The position numbers were made by a program, and so were the translations under genes. Positions 55,371 through 64,000 of a stretch of DNA of 64,000 nt are shown one piece after another (the stretch's first letter is position 1; each line of letters starts with the position of its first letter). The notes under the pieces are model-generated. The model was not told the DNA's origin. It searched no databases and saw only the letters and a list, made by a program, of their open reading frames with translations. Source of the DNA: Vulcanimicrobiota bacterium (GTDB lineage: Bacteria > Vulcanimicrobiota > Xenobia > Xenobiales > JADMJV01); contig JBAYRN010000015.1 in the NCBI GenBank assembly GCA_041676625.1, forward strand, positions 1,555 through 65,554. The letters are read 5' to 3'.

Positions 55371-56702
55371 TTGAGTAAAGCTACCAAGAAAAAATCCATC
55401 AAACCCGAATCTCAGAACCATAAAGAGGACCGAGTCGTGGTGGTCGACGGGGTGCGCACCCCCTTCGTTAGAGCCTACACCGACTTCCAGGACCTGACCG
55501 CCCTCGACCTCTCCCGCATCGCCACCTCTGAACTGATCGCGCGCACCGGAATTGACCCGGAAGAGATCGATGAAGTTGTGATGGGCACCGTTCTGCCTTC
55601 GCCCCACGCTCCCAATCTGGCCCGGGAAGTCGTACTCTCGGCCGATCTTCCCCGAAAAATTCCTGGATTTACCCTCGGTCGCGCCTGCGCCTCCAGCGCC
55701 CAGTCCGTGATCTCCGCCGCCGAAGCCATCTTGAAAGGCGAGTACGAAACCGCCATCGCCGGGGGAGCGGAGTCCATGTCCAATGTCCCCGTCCCTTACA
55801 GCAAAAATGTGGTGGACTCCCTGATGGCGCTGTCCAAGGCAAAAAGCTTCCCGGCCCGCATGAAAGCACTCTCCGGACTCAATCTGGAGTCACTCCTGCC
55901 CCAGCCTCCCGCCATCGCCGAATCCTCCACTGGAAAATCGATGGGTCAGCACTGCGAGATGATGGCCCGCCAGAACAACATCAGCAGGCAGGACCAGGAC
56001 AAGTTCTCGGTAGCCTCGCACCAAAACGCCGCCAAAGCCAGAGCGGACGGCAAGACCAAAGAGGAGGTCGTCACCGTCTACCCTCCCGGCAGCTTTAAGC
56101 CGGTCAACGAAGACTCGTTCGTGCGCGCCGACACCTCGGTCGAGAAACTGGGTGAACTCAAGCCGGTCTTCGACAAGACTTACGGCAGCCTCACCGCCGG
56201 CAACTCCTCCGGGCTCACCGATGGAGCCGCGGTGGTTCTCTTGATGAAAGAGAGCAAGGCCCGGGAGCTAGGGCTCAAGCCGCTGGCGGCCGTGACCGCC
56301 TGGTCCACCACGGCGCTCGACCCCGAGGACCAGTTACTGCTGGGGCCCGCCCTCTGCATCCCCCAGGTGCTGGAACAGGCCGGGCTGACCCTCAACGATA
56401 TCGATCTCCTGGACATCCACGAAGCTTTCGCCGCCCAGGTCCTATCGGTGGTCCAGGCGCTGGAGTCGAAAGAGTTCGCCCGGGACTATCTCGGACAAGA
56501 CAAAGCCGTGGGCAAGGTTGACCGCGACAAACTCAACGTCAACGGTGGCTCGATCGCCCTGGGCCACCCTTTCGGCGCCACCGGCGCGCGAATGATCATC
56601 AGCATGGCCCGAGAACTGCAACGCCGCCAGGTAAACCGAGCCATGCTGGCTCTGTGCGCCGCCGGGGGCATGGGAACCGCACTACTTCTGGAGAGGATCT
56701 AA
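55371..56702 (+). CDS. fadI: Acetyl-CoA C-acyltransferase (3-ketoacyl-CoA thiolase, FadI-like)
   Basis: GRACASSAQSV (active-site Cys), NVNGGSIALGHPFGATGARM and CAAGGMG. The gene lies upstream of the alpha subunit, as in the fadIJ arrangement. Confidence 0.93.
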   Translation: MSKATKKKSIKPESQNHKEDRVVVVDGVRTPFVRAYTDFQDLTALDLSRIATSELIARTGIDPEEIDEVVMGTVLPSPHAPNLAREVVLSADLPRKIPGFTLGRACASSAQSVISAAEAILKGEYETAIAGGAESMSNVPVPYSKNVVDSLMALSKAKSFPARMKALSGLNLESLLPQPPAIAESSTGKSMGQHCEMMARQNNISRQDQDKFSVASHQNAAKARADGKTKEEVVTVYPPGSFKPVNEDSFVRADTSVEKLGELKPVFDKTYGSLTAGNSSGLTDGAAVVLLMKESKARELGLKPLAAVTAWSTTALDPEDQLLLGPALCIPQVLEQAGLTLNDIDLLDIHEAFAAQVLSVVQALESKEFARDYLGQDKAVGKVDRDKLNVNGGSIALGHPFGATGARMIISMARELQRRQVNRAMLALCAAGGMGTALLLERI

Positions 56703-56705
56703 ACA

Positions 56706-58850
56706 ATGAGCACCAGCAAAACCCACACAAGAGCCACCAAACTGGAAATCACCGAACAGGGGATCGCCCTGTTGACCATCGACGTGGCCGACAGCAAGTT
56801 CAACGTCCTCTCTCCCCCGGTCTTCGAAGAACTCGACGAGCGGTTCGACGAGATCCTCCGAAACGATCGGGTCAAGGGAGTCGCCGTCGTTTCCGGCAAG
56901 CCAGGGAGTTTCGTGGCCGGAGCCGACATCAAGTTTCTGGCCACCATCACCACCACCGAAGAGGGGGCCGAGATGAGCCGGCAAGCTCAGGGCGTCTTCA
57001 ACAAACTGGAAAACCTGTCCGTACCGGTGGTTTGTGCAATCGATGGGGTATGCCTGGGGGGCGGCCTTGAGTTGGCGCTGGCCTGTCATTACCGATTGGT
57101 GAGCGACAACCCCGAAACCGTGCTGGGACTGCCGGAAGTTCAACTGGGTCTGATTCCCGGGGCCGGGGGAACCCAGCGACTACCCCGATTGATCGGCTTC
57201 ACGGAAGCCCTGGACAAGATCCTCAGCGGGAAGAAAACTCGAGCCCGAAAGGCCTACAAGCTCGGGCTGGCCGACGAAATGGTGCCTGTGGAACTGCTCC
57301 AGAGCCGTGCCCTGGCAGCCGCTCAAGAGCTCTCGGACAAGAAGGGGCTGGCCTGGGACCGCCAGGAAGGCCGCCAAAAAGACCTCACCACCAAACTGGC
57401 CGAGGCCTACGGGGTCCGGAGCGCCATCTACACCAAGGCCAAGTCCGACCTGAGAGACAAAACTAGAGGCAAGTATCCCGCTCCCATGTTCGCCCTGGAA
57501 GCGGTGCGCACTGCTCTGCGAACCGAACTCTCGGAAGGGTTGGAGGAAGAGGCTCGATACTTCGGAGAAGCAGCCGTGACTCCGGTCTCCAAATCGCTCA
57601 TCCACCTCTTCAACATCACCACCGAACTCAAGTCTGACTCCGGCATCGACAGCCAAGCCGAGCCTGTCAAGGTGAAGAACGCCGCCGTCATCGGGGGTGG
57701 CCTGATGGGCTCGGGTATCACCACCGTGTTGTCCGACGTGGGAGTGCGGGTGCGAGTCAAAGACGTCTCGGAAGAATCCCTCGGGAAAACCTACAAGTAC
57801 GTGGACAAGTACCTGCAGCGCAAGGTGAATCGCCGTCACTACTCCGCTTTCGAGCGCGATTTGAGGTTGGGTCGCGTCACCGCCACCACCGAGTATCAGG
57901 GCTTCCAAAATGCCGAGATCGCCATCGAGGCGGTCTTTGAAGACCTCAACTTGAAGCATCGGATCGTGCAAGACGTGGAAGCCAACTTCGGTGAGAAAAC
58001 GATCTTCGCGAGCAACACCAGTTCGCTGCCCATCGCCGATATCGCCAGGGGTGCCAAGCGTCCGGAGCAGGTCATCGGGATGCACTTCTTTTCTCCCGTG
58101 GAAAAGATGCAACTGGTGGAGGTCATCACCCACAAAGGGACCGCCGACTGGGTGACCGCGAGCACCGTGGCTCTGGCCAAGAAGATGAAGAAGCACACCA
58201 TCGTGGTCCGGGATGGGGCCGGATTCTACACTTCTCGCATTCTGGCCGCTCTGTGCAACGAAGCGGTTCGCTGCCTGTACGACGGCGCCGCTATCGAGAA
58301 GATCGACCGAGCCCTCGAAGACTTCGGTTTTCCGGTGGGGCCCATGCGCCTGATGGACGAAGTCGGAATCGGCGTGGTCACCAAGGTCATGGCCATCATG
58401 ATGAAGGCCTTTCCGGGTCGCTTCGAGGCCCCCGATGGTTGGGAACAGATCCTGGAAGGCCGTCAGGGCAAGTCCAGCGGGCGAGGTTTCTACAAATACA
58501 ACGGCAAGAGTCGAACCCCGGATCGTGCCATCTACAAGATCCTTCCCGAGAAGCAACGCCTCTCTGTCAAGGAAGAAGCGATCGCCGAGCGATGCGCCTT
58601 TGCCTTCCTCAACGAGTGTGCCCACTGCTTGCAGGAAGAGATCCTGAGAAGCCCTCGCGACGGAGACGTGGGAGCAGTCTTCGGACTGGGTTATCCGCCC
58701 TTTCACGGCGGTCCGTTCTTTCACATGGACGCCATGGGGCTGGGCAGGGTGGTCGACACCTTGAAAAACCTGGCGGCTCAACACGGAAACCGCTTCGAAC
58801 CGGCCGGGATCCTTACGAAAATGGCCGAGAAAAACGAGAAGTTTTTTTAG
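56706..58850 (+). CDS. fadJ: Fatty-acid oxidation complex alpha subunit (enoyl-CoA hydratase / 3-hydroxyacyl-CoA dehydrogenase)
   Basis: 714 aa. A crotonase-fold N-terminus (GSFVAGADI, CLGGGLELALAC) is followed by the NAD-binding AVIGGGLMGSGI motif and 3HCDH C-terminal repeats. Confidence 0.93.
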   Translation: MSTSKTHTRATKLEITEQGIALLTIDVADSKFNVLSPPVFEELDERFDEILRNDRVKGVAVVSGKPGSFVAGADIKFLATITTTEEGAEMSRQAQGVFNKLENLSVPVVCAIDGVCLGGGLELALACHYRLVSDNPETVLGLPEVQLGLIPGAGGTQRLPRLIGFTEALDKILSGKKTRARKAYKLGLADEMVPVELLQSRALAAAQELSDKKGLAWDRQEGRQKDLTTKLAEAYGVRSAIYTKAKSDLRDKTRGKYPAPMFALEAVRTALRTELSEGLEEEARYFGEAAVTPVSKSLIHLFNITTELKSDSGIDSQAEPVKVKNAAVIGGGLMGSGITTVLSDVGVRVRVKDVSEESLGKTYKYVDKYLQRKVNRRHYSAFERDLRLGRVTATTEYQGFQNAEIAIEAVFEDLNLKHRIVQDVEANFGEKTIFASNTSSLPIADIARGAKRPEQVIGMHFFSPVEKMQLVEVITHKGTADWVTASTVALAKKMKKHTIVVRDGAGFYTSRILAALCNEAVRCLYDGAAIEKIDRALEDFGFPVGPMRLMDEVGIGVVTKVMAIMMKAFPGRFEAPDGWEQILEGRQGKSSGRGFYKYNGKSRTPDRAIYKILPEKQRLSVKEEAIAERCAFAFLNECAHCLQEEILRSPRDGDVGAVFGLGYPPFHGGPFFHMDAMGLGRVVDTLKNLAAQHGNRFEPAGILTKMAEKNEKFF

Positions 58851-58856
58851 ACCAGG

Positions 58857-60080
58857 ATGACCACCGCAACCGAAACCGTTTTCGATGAGGCCAGGCGGCT
58901 CGAAGCCGTCCGCTCTCTGGAACTCCTGGACACCGGAGCCGAAGAGCGATTCGATCGAATCTGTCGACTGGTCCAGGAAGTTCTGGGGGTGCCCGTTGCC
59001 TACATCGCCTTGATCGACGAGGAGCGCCAGTTTTTCAAGGCCGAGTGTGGGCTTGGGGCCAATGAGGCTCCTCGAGAGAATAGCTTCTGCGACATGACGA
59101 TCCGGCAGAGTGGTCCCATGGTGGTGCCGGATGCCGACGCCCACCGGCACTGGAAAAACAGTCCTTTTGTGAAGGGACCCCCCCACGTCAAGTTTTATCT
59201 GGGGTTTCCCCTCTTCATCAAGGACAACCAGGCGGTGGGCACGCTCTGCGCCCTGGACTTTTCCGCCCGCGAGGGAGTTGACGAGGGGCGCATGGCCCTG
59301 CTCAACGACCTGGCTCGGATCGCCGAAACCGAACTGACCCTGAAGGATGCCCTGGAAACCCAGGCGCTGCTGCTGGCCCGGGAAGCCGAACTGGTAGAGC
59401 GAAAAGACTTCATCCGCCGGGTTCTGGGCCGATACGTGACCGACGAAGTCGCCGAACACGTTCTCTCCTCACCAGAAGAGTTTCATATCGGAGGCCAGAG
59501 GCGCGAAGTCACCATTCTCATGTCGGACCTGCGGGGCTTCACCCCCATGTCCGACGTGTTGGGCCCGGAGAAGGTCGTACAGATCCTCAACCACTACCTT
59601 CACCACATGGTGGAGATCGTGCTGAAGTGGGGTGGCACCATCGACGAAATCATCGGCGACGCCCTGCTCATCATTTTCGGCGCCCCCCTGGAGATGCCTG
59701 ACCACGCCAAACGCGCGGCCAGTTGTGCCATTGAAATGCAGCAGGCCATGCAAGAACTCAACGAACTCCTGAAAAACGAAGGACTGGTGGAGATCCACAG
59801 TGGCATCGGCCTGAATACCGGGGAGGTCGTGGTGGGAAATATCGGTTCGGAGAAGCGCATGAAGTACAGCGTGGTGGGTAGCCCCGTGAACCTGACGGCG
59901 CGCATCGAGGCCTTCACCATCGGCGGTCAGATCCTGGCTTCCAAGGAGACCTGCGACCAATTGGGTCCCGAGGCCCGCATCGACGGCAAGCTGCGAGTCA
60001 ACATGAAGGGCTACTCAAAACCTGTCTCTATCTACGAAATCGGTGGGTTGGGAGAATTGCAGCTACCTCAACTCGGCTAA
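58857..60080 (+). CDS. GAF domain-containing class III adenylate/guanylate cyclase
   Basis: GAF-like N-terminus (ERFDRICRLVQEVLGVPVAYIALID), then EVTILMSDLRGFT, IGDALLIIFGAP and GLNTGEVVVGNIGSEKRMKYSVVGSPVNLTARIE. Confidence 0.9.
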   Translation: MTTATETVFDEARRLEAVRSLELLDTGAEERFDRICRLVQEVLGVPVAYIALIDEERQFFKAECGLGANEAPRENSFCDMTIRQSGPMVVPDADAHRHWKNSPFVKGPPHVKFYLGFPLFIKDNQAVGTLCALDFSAREGVDEGRMALLNDLARIAETELTLKDALETQALLLAREAELVERKDFIRRVLGRYVTDEVAEHVLSSPEEFHIGGQRREVTILMSDLRGFTPMSDVLGPEKVVQILNHYLHHMVEIVLKWGGTIDEIIGDALLIIFGAPLEMPDHAKRAASCAIEMQQAMQELNELLKNEGLVEIHSGIGLNTGEVVVGNIGSEKRMKYSVVGSPVNLTARIEAFTIGGQILASKETCDQLGPEARIDGKLRVNMKGYSKPVSIYEIGGLGELQLPQLG

Positions 60081-60113
60081 GGATCGGCAGGTTCCCCACC
60101 CTGCCGCAAGGAA

Positions 60114-61817
60114 ATGCCCTTCCTTCTGGAGGTGTGCGTGAAACGTCATAACGACATTCGGGTGACCGGCCTGGACAGCAGCGTCGGTACCAAGACCAGC
60201 AAAGCTACGGACAATGGAACCAGGTTCGGCTCCACTTCGCCGCAGGATATACCTGGATGGGCTGAACTTTTCACCCCACCCCCCGGCTCCCAGGAGGAGG
60301 AAGAGCGCTTCGCCCGGCTGTACGCTCAACTTCCTGCTCTCTGGACCAGCCTCATGGCCGACGGCCACGTGGAGCAAACCGTGCTGGTCGTGCCTTCCCT
60401 CAGCCTGGACAAGGAAGAACTCCAGAAACTCAAAGGTGTCCGGCACTACGAAGAGCGCCTTCTGTTTCTTCTGATCCTCCTCTCGCTGCCCAAGACCCGA
60501 GTGATCTTCGTAACCTCCGAGCCGATCCACCCCCACATCATCGACTACTATCTGCAACTGCTTCCGGGCATCCCGTTTTCCCACGCTCGTCGTCGCCTGG
60601 AGATGTTCGCCACCCACGACTCCAATCATCACAAGTGTCTGACCCAGAAGATCCTGGAACGCCCCGCCCTGATGCGGCGCATTCGCAAGGCCATCGGAGA
60701 TGCCAAAAACACCCATCTGACCGTGTTCAATGTGACCCCGGCCGAAAAACAGCTCTCGGTGGCCCTGGACATACCCTTGCTGGGCCCTGATCCCAAGCAC
60801 CTGCACCACGGATCGAAGAGCGGATCCCGCAAACTGTTTCGAGAGGCCGGGGTGCCCATGCCGGAAGGTTTCGAAGACCTAAAATCGGCCGACGACATCT
60901 TCGATTGCTGTCTAAAACTTTGGAAACGAAAACCAGGACTCAAGAAAGTCGTGATCAAAATCAATGAAGGCTTCTCGGGCGAGGGCAACGCGATTATGCC
61001 TTTGGACTGCCTGGAAGGTGTGACCGACCCCCAAAAAGCGCGCGAAATCCTGGTCCAGGAGGTGCCCGCCCGGGCCCGCTACCAGGCCCCCGGCATGAAC
61101 TGGGACGGCTTCCTCAAGAAATTCATTGAAATGGAAGGCATCGTGGAAGAATTCCTGGAGGGGGATCCCAAGGAGTCTCCTTCGGTGCAACTCCGGATCA
61201 CTCCCATGGGCGAATCCCAACTCATCTCCACCCACGACCAGAAACTGGGCGGTCCGGATGGGCAGGTCTTCATAGGCTGCTCCTTCCCGGCCAGCCCCAC
61301 CTACCGGGCCGAACTCCACAAGGCTGGCGGCGCCATCGGGGAGGTCCTGGCCAACGCCGGCGTGATCGGCCGGCTATCCATCGACTTTCTGGCCATCCCC
61401 AAGGACGGCGGCGGTTGGGATATGTTTGCCGTCGAGATCAACCTGCGCAAGGGCGGGACCACCCACCCCTTCCGCACCCTGCAGTTTCTCACCGGTGGTC
61501 GCTACAATCCGGAGACCGGTACTTTTCAGAGCGGCACCTCGATCCCTAAATACTACTTCGCTTCGGACAACCTGGAAAACGAGAAGTACAAAGGACTGTT
61601 ACCCCAGGACCTGATCGATATCGTGACCTACACCGGCTTGCACTACAACAGCTCTTCCAACACCGGAGTGGTCTTCCACATGATCGGAGCCCTCTCCGAA
61701 TTTGGAAAAATAGGCGTGACCTGCGTGGGAGACTCCCCCGAAGAAGCCGAGCAACTTTACCAGAGAACTCTAGAGACCCTGGATTGGGCAACCGAGAGTT
61801 CGGACTGGATCGTTTAA
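60114..61817 (+). CDS. ATP-grasp superfamily ligase-like protein (pre-ATP-grasp + ATP-grasp, resembling PGM1-type peptide ligases)
   Basis: TVLVVPSLSLD...YEERLLFLLILL, VVIKINEGFSGEGNAI and GRLSIDFLAI...FAVEINLRKGGTTHP are ATP-grasp-like. The start is uncertain: the GTG at 60138 has GGAGG 5 nt upstream. Confidence 0.7.
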   Translation: MPFLLEVCVKRHNDIRVTGLDSSVGTKTSKATDNGTRFGSTSPQDIPGWAELFTPPPGSQEEEERFARLYAQLPALWTSLMADGHVEQTVLVVPSLSLDKEELQKLKGVRHYEERLLFLLILLSLPKTRVIFVTSEPIHPHIIDYYLQLLPGIPFSHARRRLEMFATHDSNHHKCLTQKILERPALMRRIRKAIGDAKNTHLTVFNVTPAEKQLSVALDIPLLGPDPKHLHHGSKSGSRKLFREAGVPMPEGFEDLKSADDIFDCCLKLWKRKPGLKKVVIKINEGFSGEGNAIMPLDCLEGVTDPQKAREILVQEVPARARYQAPGMNWDGFLKKFIEMEGIVEEFLEGDPKESPSVQLRITPMGESQLISTHDQKLGGPDGQVFIGCSFPASPTYRAELHKAGGAIGEVLANAGVIGRLSIDFLAIPKDGGGWDMFAVEINLRKGGTTHPFRTLQFLTGGRYNPETGTFQSGTSIPKYYFASDNLENEKYKGLLPQDLIDIVTYTGLHYNSSSNTGVVFHMIGALSEFGKIGVTCVGDSPEEAEQLYQRTLETLDWATESSDWIV

Positions 61818-62506
61818 CGGGCGTTGGTCAGATGCTCGATCAGGTCCTGGAATCGCTGGTTGGGGTTGTCGAATTTATCTTCGTAATCCTCCAGCGAATA
61901 CTGCAGGACCTTCAGGGCTTCGGCTCGCCCATAGACCGACTCGATCTCCACGTTGCGCGCCTTGGTGGAACTGGGTAGATCCTTGTAAGAAAGAAAGTAG
62001 TGGCACAGCCGTTCCACCAACTGCTCGGGAAGCCCCGTGACATCGGTGATCTGTCCGTAGACCGCATCGTCTTTCATCACCGCGATGATCTTGTCATCGG
62101 CCTCGTGGGCATCGAGCATCCGAATCCCCCCGATCGGGATACCCGTGACCAGCAGATCTCCATGGGAGATCGAACGCTCCGAGAAAACGCAAATGTCGAT
62201 GGGATCGCCATCCCCCTTGATTTCGGAGTTACCGGTTTTCATGGCCGAGTAGTTGCCCACTCGCGTACCGCAGTAAGTTCGAGGAACGAATCCGTAGAGA
62301 CAGGGCGGCTGAGAAGAAAACTTTTGGGGGCGGTCTAGCTTGAGATAGCCGGAGGCTTTATCCACCTCGTATTTTACCGTGTCGGTGGGCACCTGCTCGA
62401 TAAACACCGAGAGTTCCGCCGGAAATCCCGCTCCCGGCGAGACGCCGTGCCAGGGGTGCGGCTTGAAGAAAAGTTTCATCAATTCTTTGAGTTCATTCTG
62501 TTCCAT
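61814..62506 (-). CDS. ppa: Inorganic pyrophosphatase (family I) with a C-terminal extension
   Basis: YEVDKASGYLKLDR and the GDGDPIDICV signature. I start it at ATG 62506 (MEQNELKEL). The ORF-track extension to 62641 overlaps the IMPDH gene. Confidence 0.9.
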   Translation of the reverse strand: MEQNELKELMKLFFKPHPWHGVSPGAGFPAELSVFIEQVPTDTVKYEVDKASGYLKLDRPQKFSSQPPCLYGFVPRTYCGTRVGNYSAMKTGNSEIKGDGDPIDICVFSERSISHGDLLVTGIPIGGIRMLDAHEADDKIIAVMKDDAVYGQITDVTGLPEQLVERLCHYFLSYKDLPSSTKARNVEIESVYGRAEALKVLQYSLEDYEDKFDNPNQRFQDLIEHLTNAR

Positions 62507-62540
62507 GCGTATCTTTCTACCACTTTCTCTTGTCATACCA

Positions 62541-64000
62541 TTACACCAGCAGTATCGAAGTGCCGCCTTCTTCTTGGGAGCCCACGGATTGTCTTTCCAG
62601 CAAGACCTCTCGGCGAAACTCCTCCAGGTCGGCGCAACCACAGGAACTCAGGGTACCCCGGATGGCCTTGAGATCCTTAGGCAAAAACTCGTGTAGAGAG
62701 CCCTTCAATAAGACATAGCCCTCCTCTCCTTCGACCACGAAAGTCCGCGGGTCGTTTTGCTGATAGCGACGCACGTTTTTAGCCCGAGCCGAAGCTTCTC
62801 CCCAGTAGGGTTTCACCGTGGCCGCCACTTGAAACGTGCCCCCGGAAGAGGAAACCCAGAACTTTTTCTCATAAGCCTGGGTCGGGCTCTCGGAGTAGGC
62901 GGCGAAGTAGCGACCCATCATCAGTACATCGGCACCCATGGCCAGGGCCACCGACATGTCTCCGGTCCCGGCCAGACCGCCGTCGGAAATGAGAGGGATG
63001 TAACGGCCCGTCCTCTGGGCGAATTCGTCTCGAGCCATGGCCACCTCCCGCACCGCGGTGGCCTGCCCCCGGCCGATCGCCTTCACTCGACGGGTAGTAC
63101 AGATAGAGCCGCTCCCGATTCCGATCTTCACGGCGTCGGCCCCGCACTCGGCCAGATACTGGAAACTCTCCCGGCCCACCACATTGCCCGCCACCACCGG
63201 CACTCCCAACTCCTTGGCGTAAAGCACGGTGTCTCGCATGTACTCGGAGTAACCGTCGGAGGCATCGACCGAAATGAGATCGGCCCCCGCCTTGACGCAC
63301 TCCCGGGCCCGCTCCTGATCCTCGGGGTGGGTGGAGATCGCCACCCCCACGCGCAGCCGACCCTGAGAGTCTCTGGTTGCGCCCCGAAACCGCAGTTCGT
63401 CTTTGACTCCTTTGCGGGTTACCAGACCCTGCAAGATACCTTGAGAATCGATGAGGTAGCCCCGGTCATTCCCCTCCCGAAACAGGGCGTCGATGACTTT
63501 GCTCCGAGGTTCGTGCACGGAGTAGACGACCAGTTCGTCGAGAGGCCTCATCCGGTCTCTAGCCTTCAACCCCAGGTCAGACCGAGGATCGTAATCGCGA
63601 CTGCTGATCACCCCGAACATCTTTCCCTCCTCATCGAGTACAGGGAAGCTGGAATAGCCCAGCCGCTCCTCCAGTTGGTCCACCTCGCGCAGGGTGGTTT
63701 CGGGAGAGACCGACTGGTTGTGAGGATGAAAGCCTCCGGTATGAGCCTTCACCTTCCTCACGTAGTCCACTTGCTGCTCCAGTTCCACCCGCCCGGCGGG
63801 CAAGATCCCCAGTCCGCCGTGTAAGGCCAGGGCGATGGACAGTTCATCGCCGGTGACGGACTCCATGGCCGCGCTCATAAAAGGGATGGTTAGGGGGAAA
63901 TCCGGAGCCAACCGGGTCTCCAGACTCACGCTATCAATGGCGTGCTCCGGCCTGGTCGTTCGGGGCAGCAGGATAAACTCCCGAAACGTGGCACTTCTTA
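62541..64000 (-). CDS. guaB: IMP dehydrogenase family protein with a CBS pair. The 5' end runs off the window.
   Basis: IPFMSAAMESVTG, a CBS insert and the catalytic loop GIGSGSICTTRRV. The frame upstream of the ORF-track GTG (63929) stays open to base 64000 and reads ATFREFILLPRTTRPEHAIDS, a typical IMPDH N-terminus. Confidence 0.85.
   Translation of the reverse strand, partial: RSATFREFILLPRTTRPEHAIDSVSLETRLAPDFPLTIPFMSAAMESVTGDELSIALALHGGLGILPAGRVELEQQVDYVRKVKAHTGGFHPHNQSVSPETTLREVDQLEERLGYSSFPVLDEEGKMFGVISSRDYDPRSDLGLKARDRMRPLDELVVYSVHEPRSKVIDALFREGNDRGYLIDSQGILQGLVTRKGVKDELRFRGATRDSQGRLRVGVAISTHPEDQERARECVKAGADLISVDASDGYSEYMRDTVLYAKELGVPVVAGNVVGRESFQYLAECGADAVKIGIGSGSICTTRRVKAIGRGQATAVREVAMARDEFAQRTGRYIPLISDGGLAGTGDMSVALAMGADVLMMGRYFAAYSESPTQAYEKKFWVSSSGGTFQVAATVKPYWGEASARAKNVRRYQQNDPRTFVVEGEEGYVLLKGSLHEFLPKDLKAIRGTLSSCGCADLEEFRREVLLERQSVGSQEEGGTSILLV

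Noticed and set aside
57180-59459. A 759-aa minus-strand ORF, the longest non-annotated ORF in the track.
   Set aside because: It lies exactly antisense to fadJ and the GAF-cyclase, both of which have unmistakable motifs. Its translation is Gly/Val/His/Asp/Leu-rich with no motif. This is typical of the stop-poor antisense frame of GC3-rich genes.
55371-61817. Four consecutive plus-strand genes (fadI, fadJ, the cyclase, the ATP-grasp gene) all start in the same reading frame.
   Set aside because: The probability is about 1/27 by chance. Each gene has its own stop and start, and no fusion or read-through logic is apparent.
7590-63824. Other long shadow ORFs: 7590..8789(+), 12401..13201(+), 31006..32154(+), 33500..34258(+), 36059..37174(-), 45328..46539(+), 49826..50944(+), 53205..54149(-), 62757..63824(+), and many ORFs of 60-200 aa.
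   Set aside because: Each is antisense to, or out of frame with, a gene supported by clear family motifs. None has motifs, RBS support or a free genomic niche.
1-64000. A search for tRNA/rRNA genes, CRISPR repeats, IS elements, integrases, phage genes and flanking direct repeats.
   Set aside because: I found no T-loop/acceptor-like sequences in the intergenic gaps, no repeat-spacer periodicity, and no transposase- or integrase-like ORFs. Shared 8-mers around the toxin-antitoxin islet are within chance expectation.

Overview
This is a dense, high-GC bacterial chromosomal segment (roughly 55-60% GC with strong GC3 bias, judged by eye, not computed). I can support 54 protein-coding genes, two of them cut by the window edges, plus four hairpin or terminator-like elements. 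I found no rRNA, tRNA, CRISPR array, transposase, integrase or phage gene. Most genes are core metabolism or housekeeping: ahcY, a group II PLP decarboxylase, type I asparaginase, ferritin, sbcCD, periplasmic trehalase, a Zn-ADH, ornithine aminotransferase, hutH, gcvT/gcvH, ribF, a GH57 glucan-branching-type enzyme, fadI/fadJ, ppa, a guaB-like IMPDH and yggS-sepF. Signalling genes are frequent: three receiver proteins, a histidine kinase, a STAND/LuxR regulator, a REC-GGDEF-like protein, a GAF-class III cyclase, and two Hanks-type kinase paralogues with an FHA protein. The parts most worth a second look are: (1) An 11-gene co-directional envelope array (18.7-29.9 kb) ends in an operon where two HTTM-domain membrane proteins bracket three minor-pseudopilin-like proteins. 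I do not know this pairing to be described. (2) A PilT-family protein has every catalytic motif degenerate, a long coiled-coil N-terminus and a Pro-rich tail, and sits directly upstream of yggS-sepF. (3) A predicted pseudokinase, an active kinase and a membrane FHA protein form one cassette. (4) Smaller oddities include a DUF433/PIN-like toxin-antitoxin-type pair in a low-GC3 islet, an asparaginase with an unexplained 120-aa C-terminal domain, a GH57 enzyme with a roughly 435-aa DUF4912-like N-terminus, a GGDDF variant cyclase domain, an ambiguous ribF start and a few palindromes. All family assignments come from motif recognition by eye, since no database search was possible. SepF together with DUF4912-GH57 and pseudopilins hints at a Terrabacteria or Cyanobacteria-related diderm lineage, but that is inference only.
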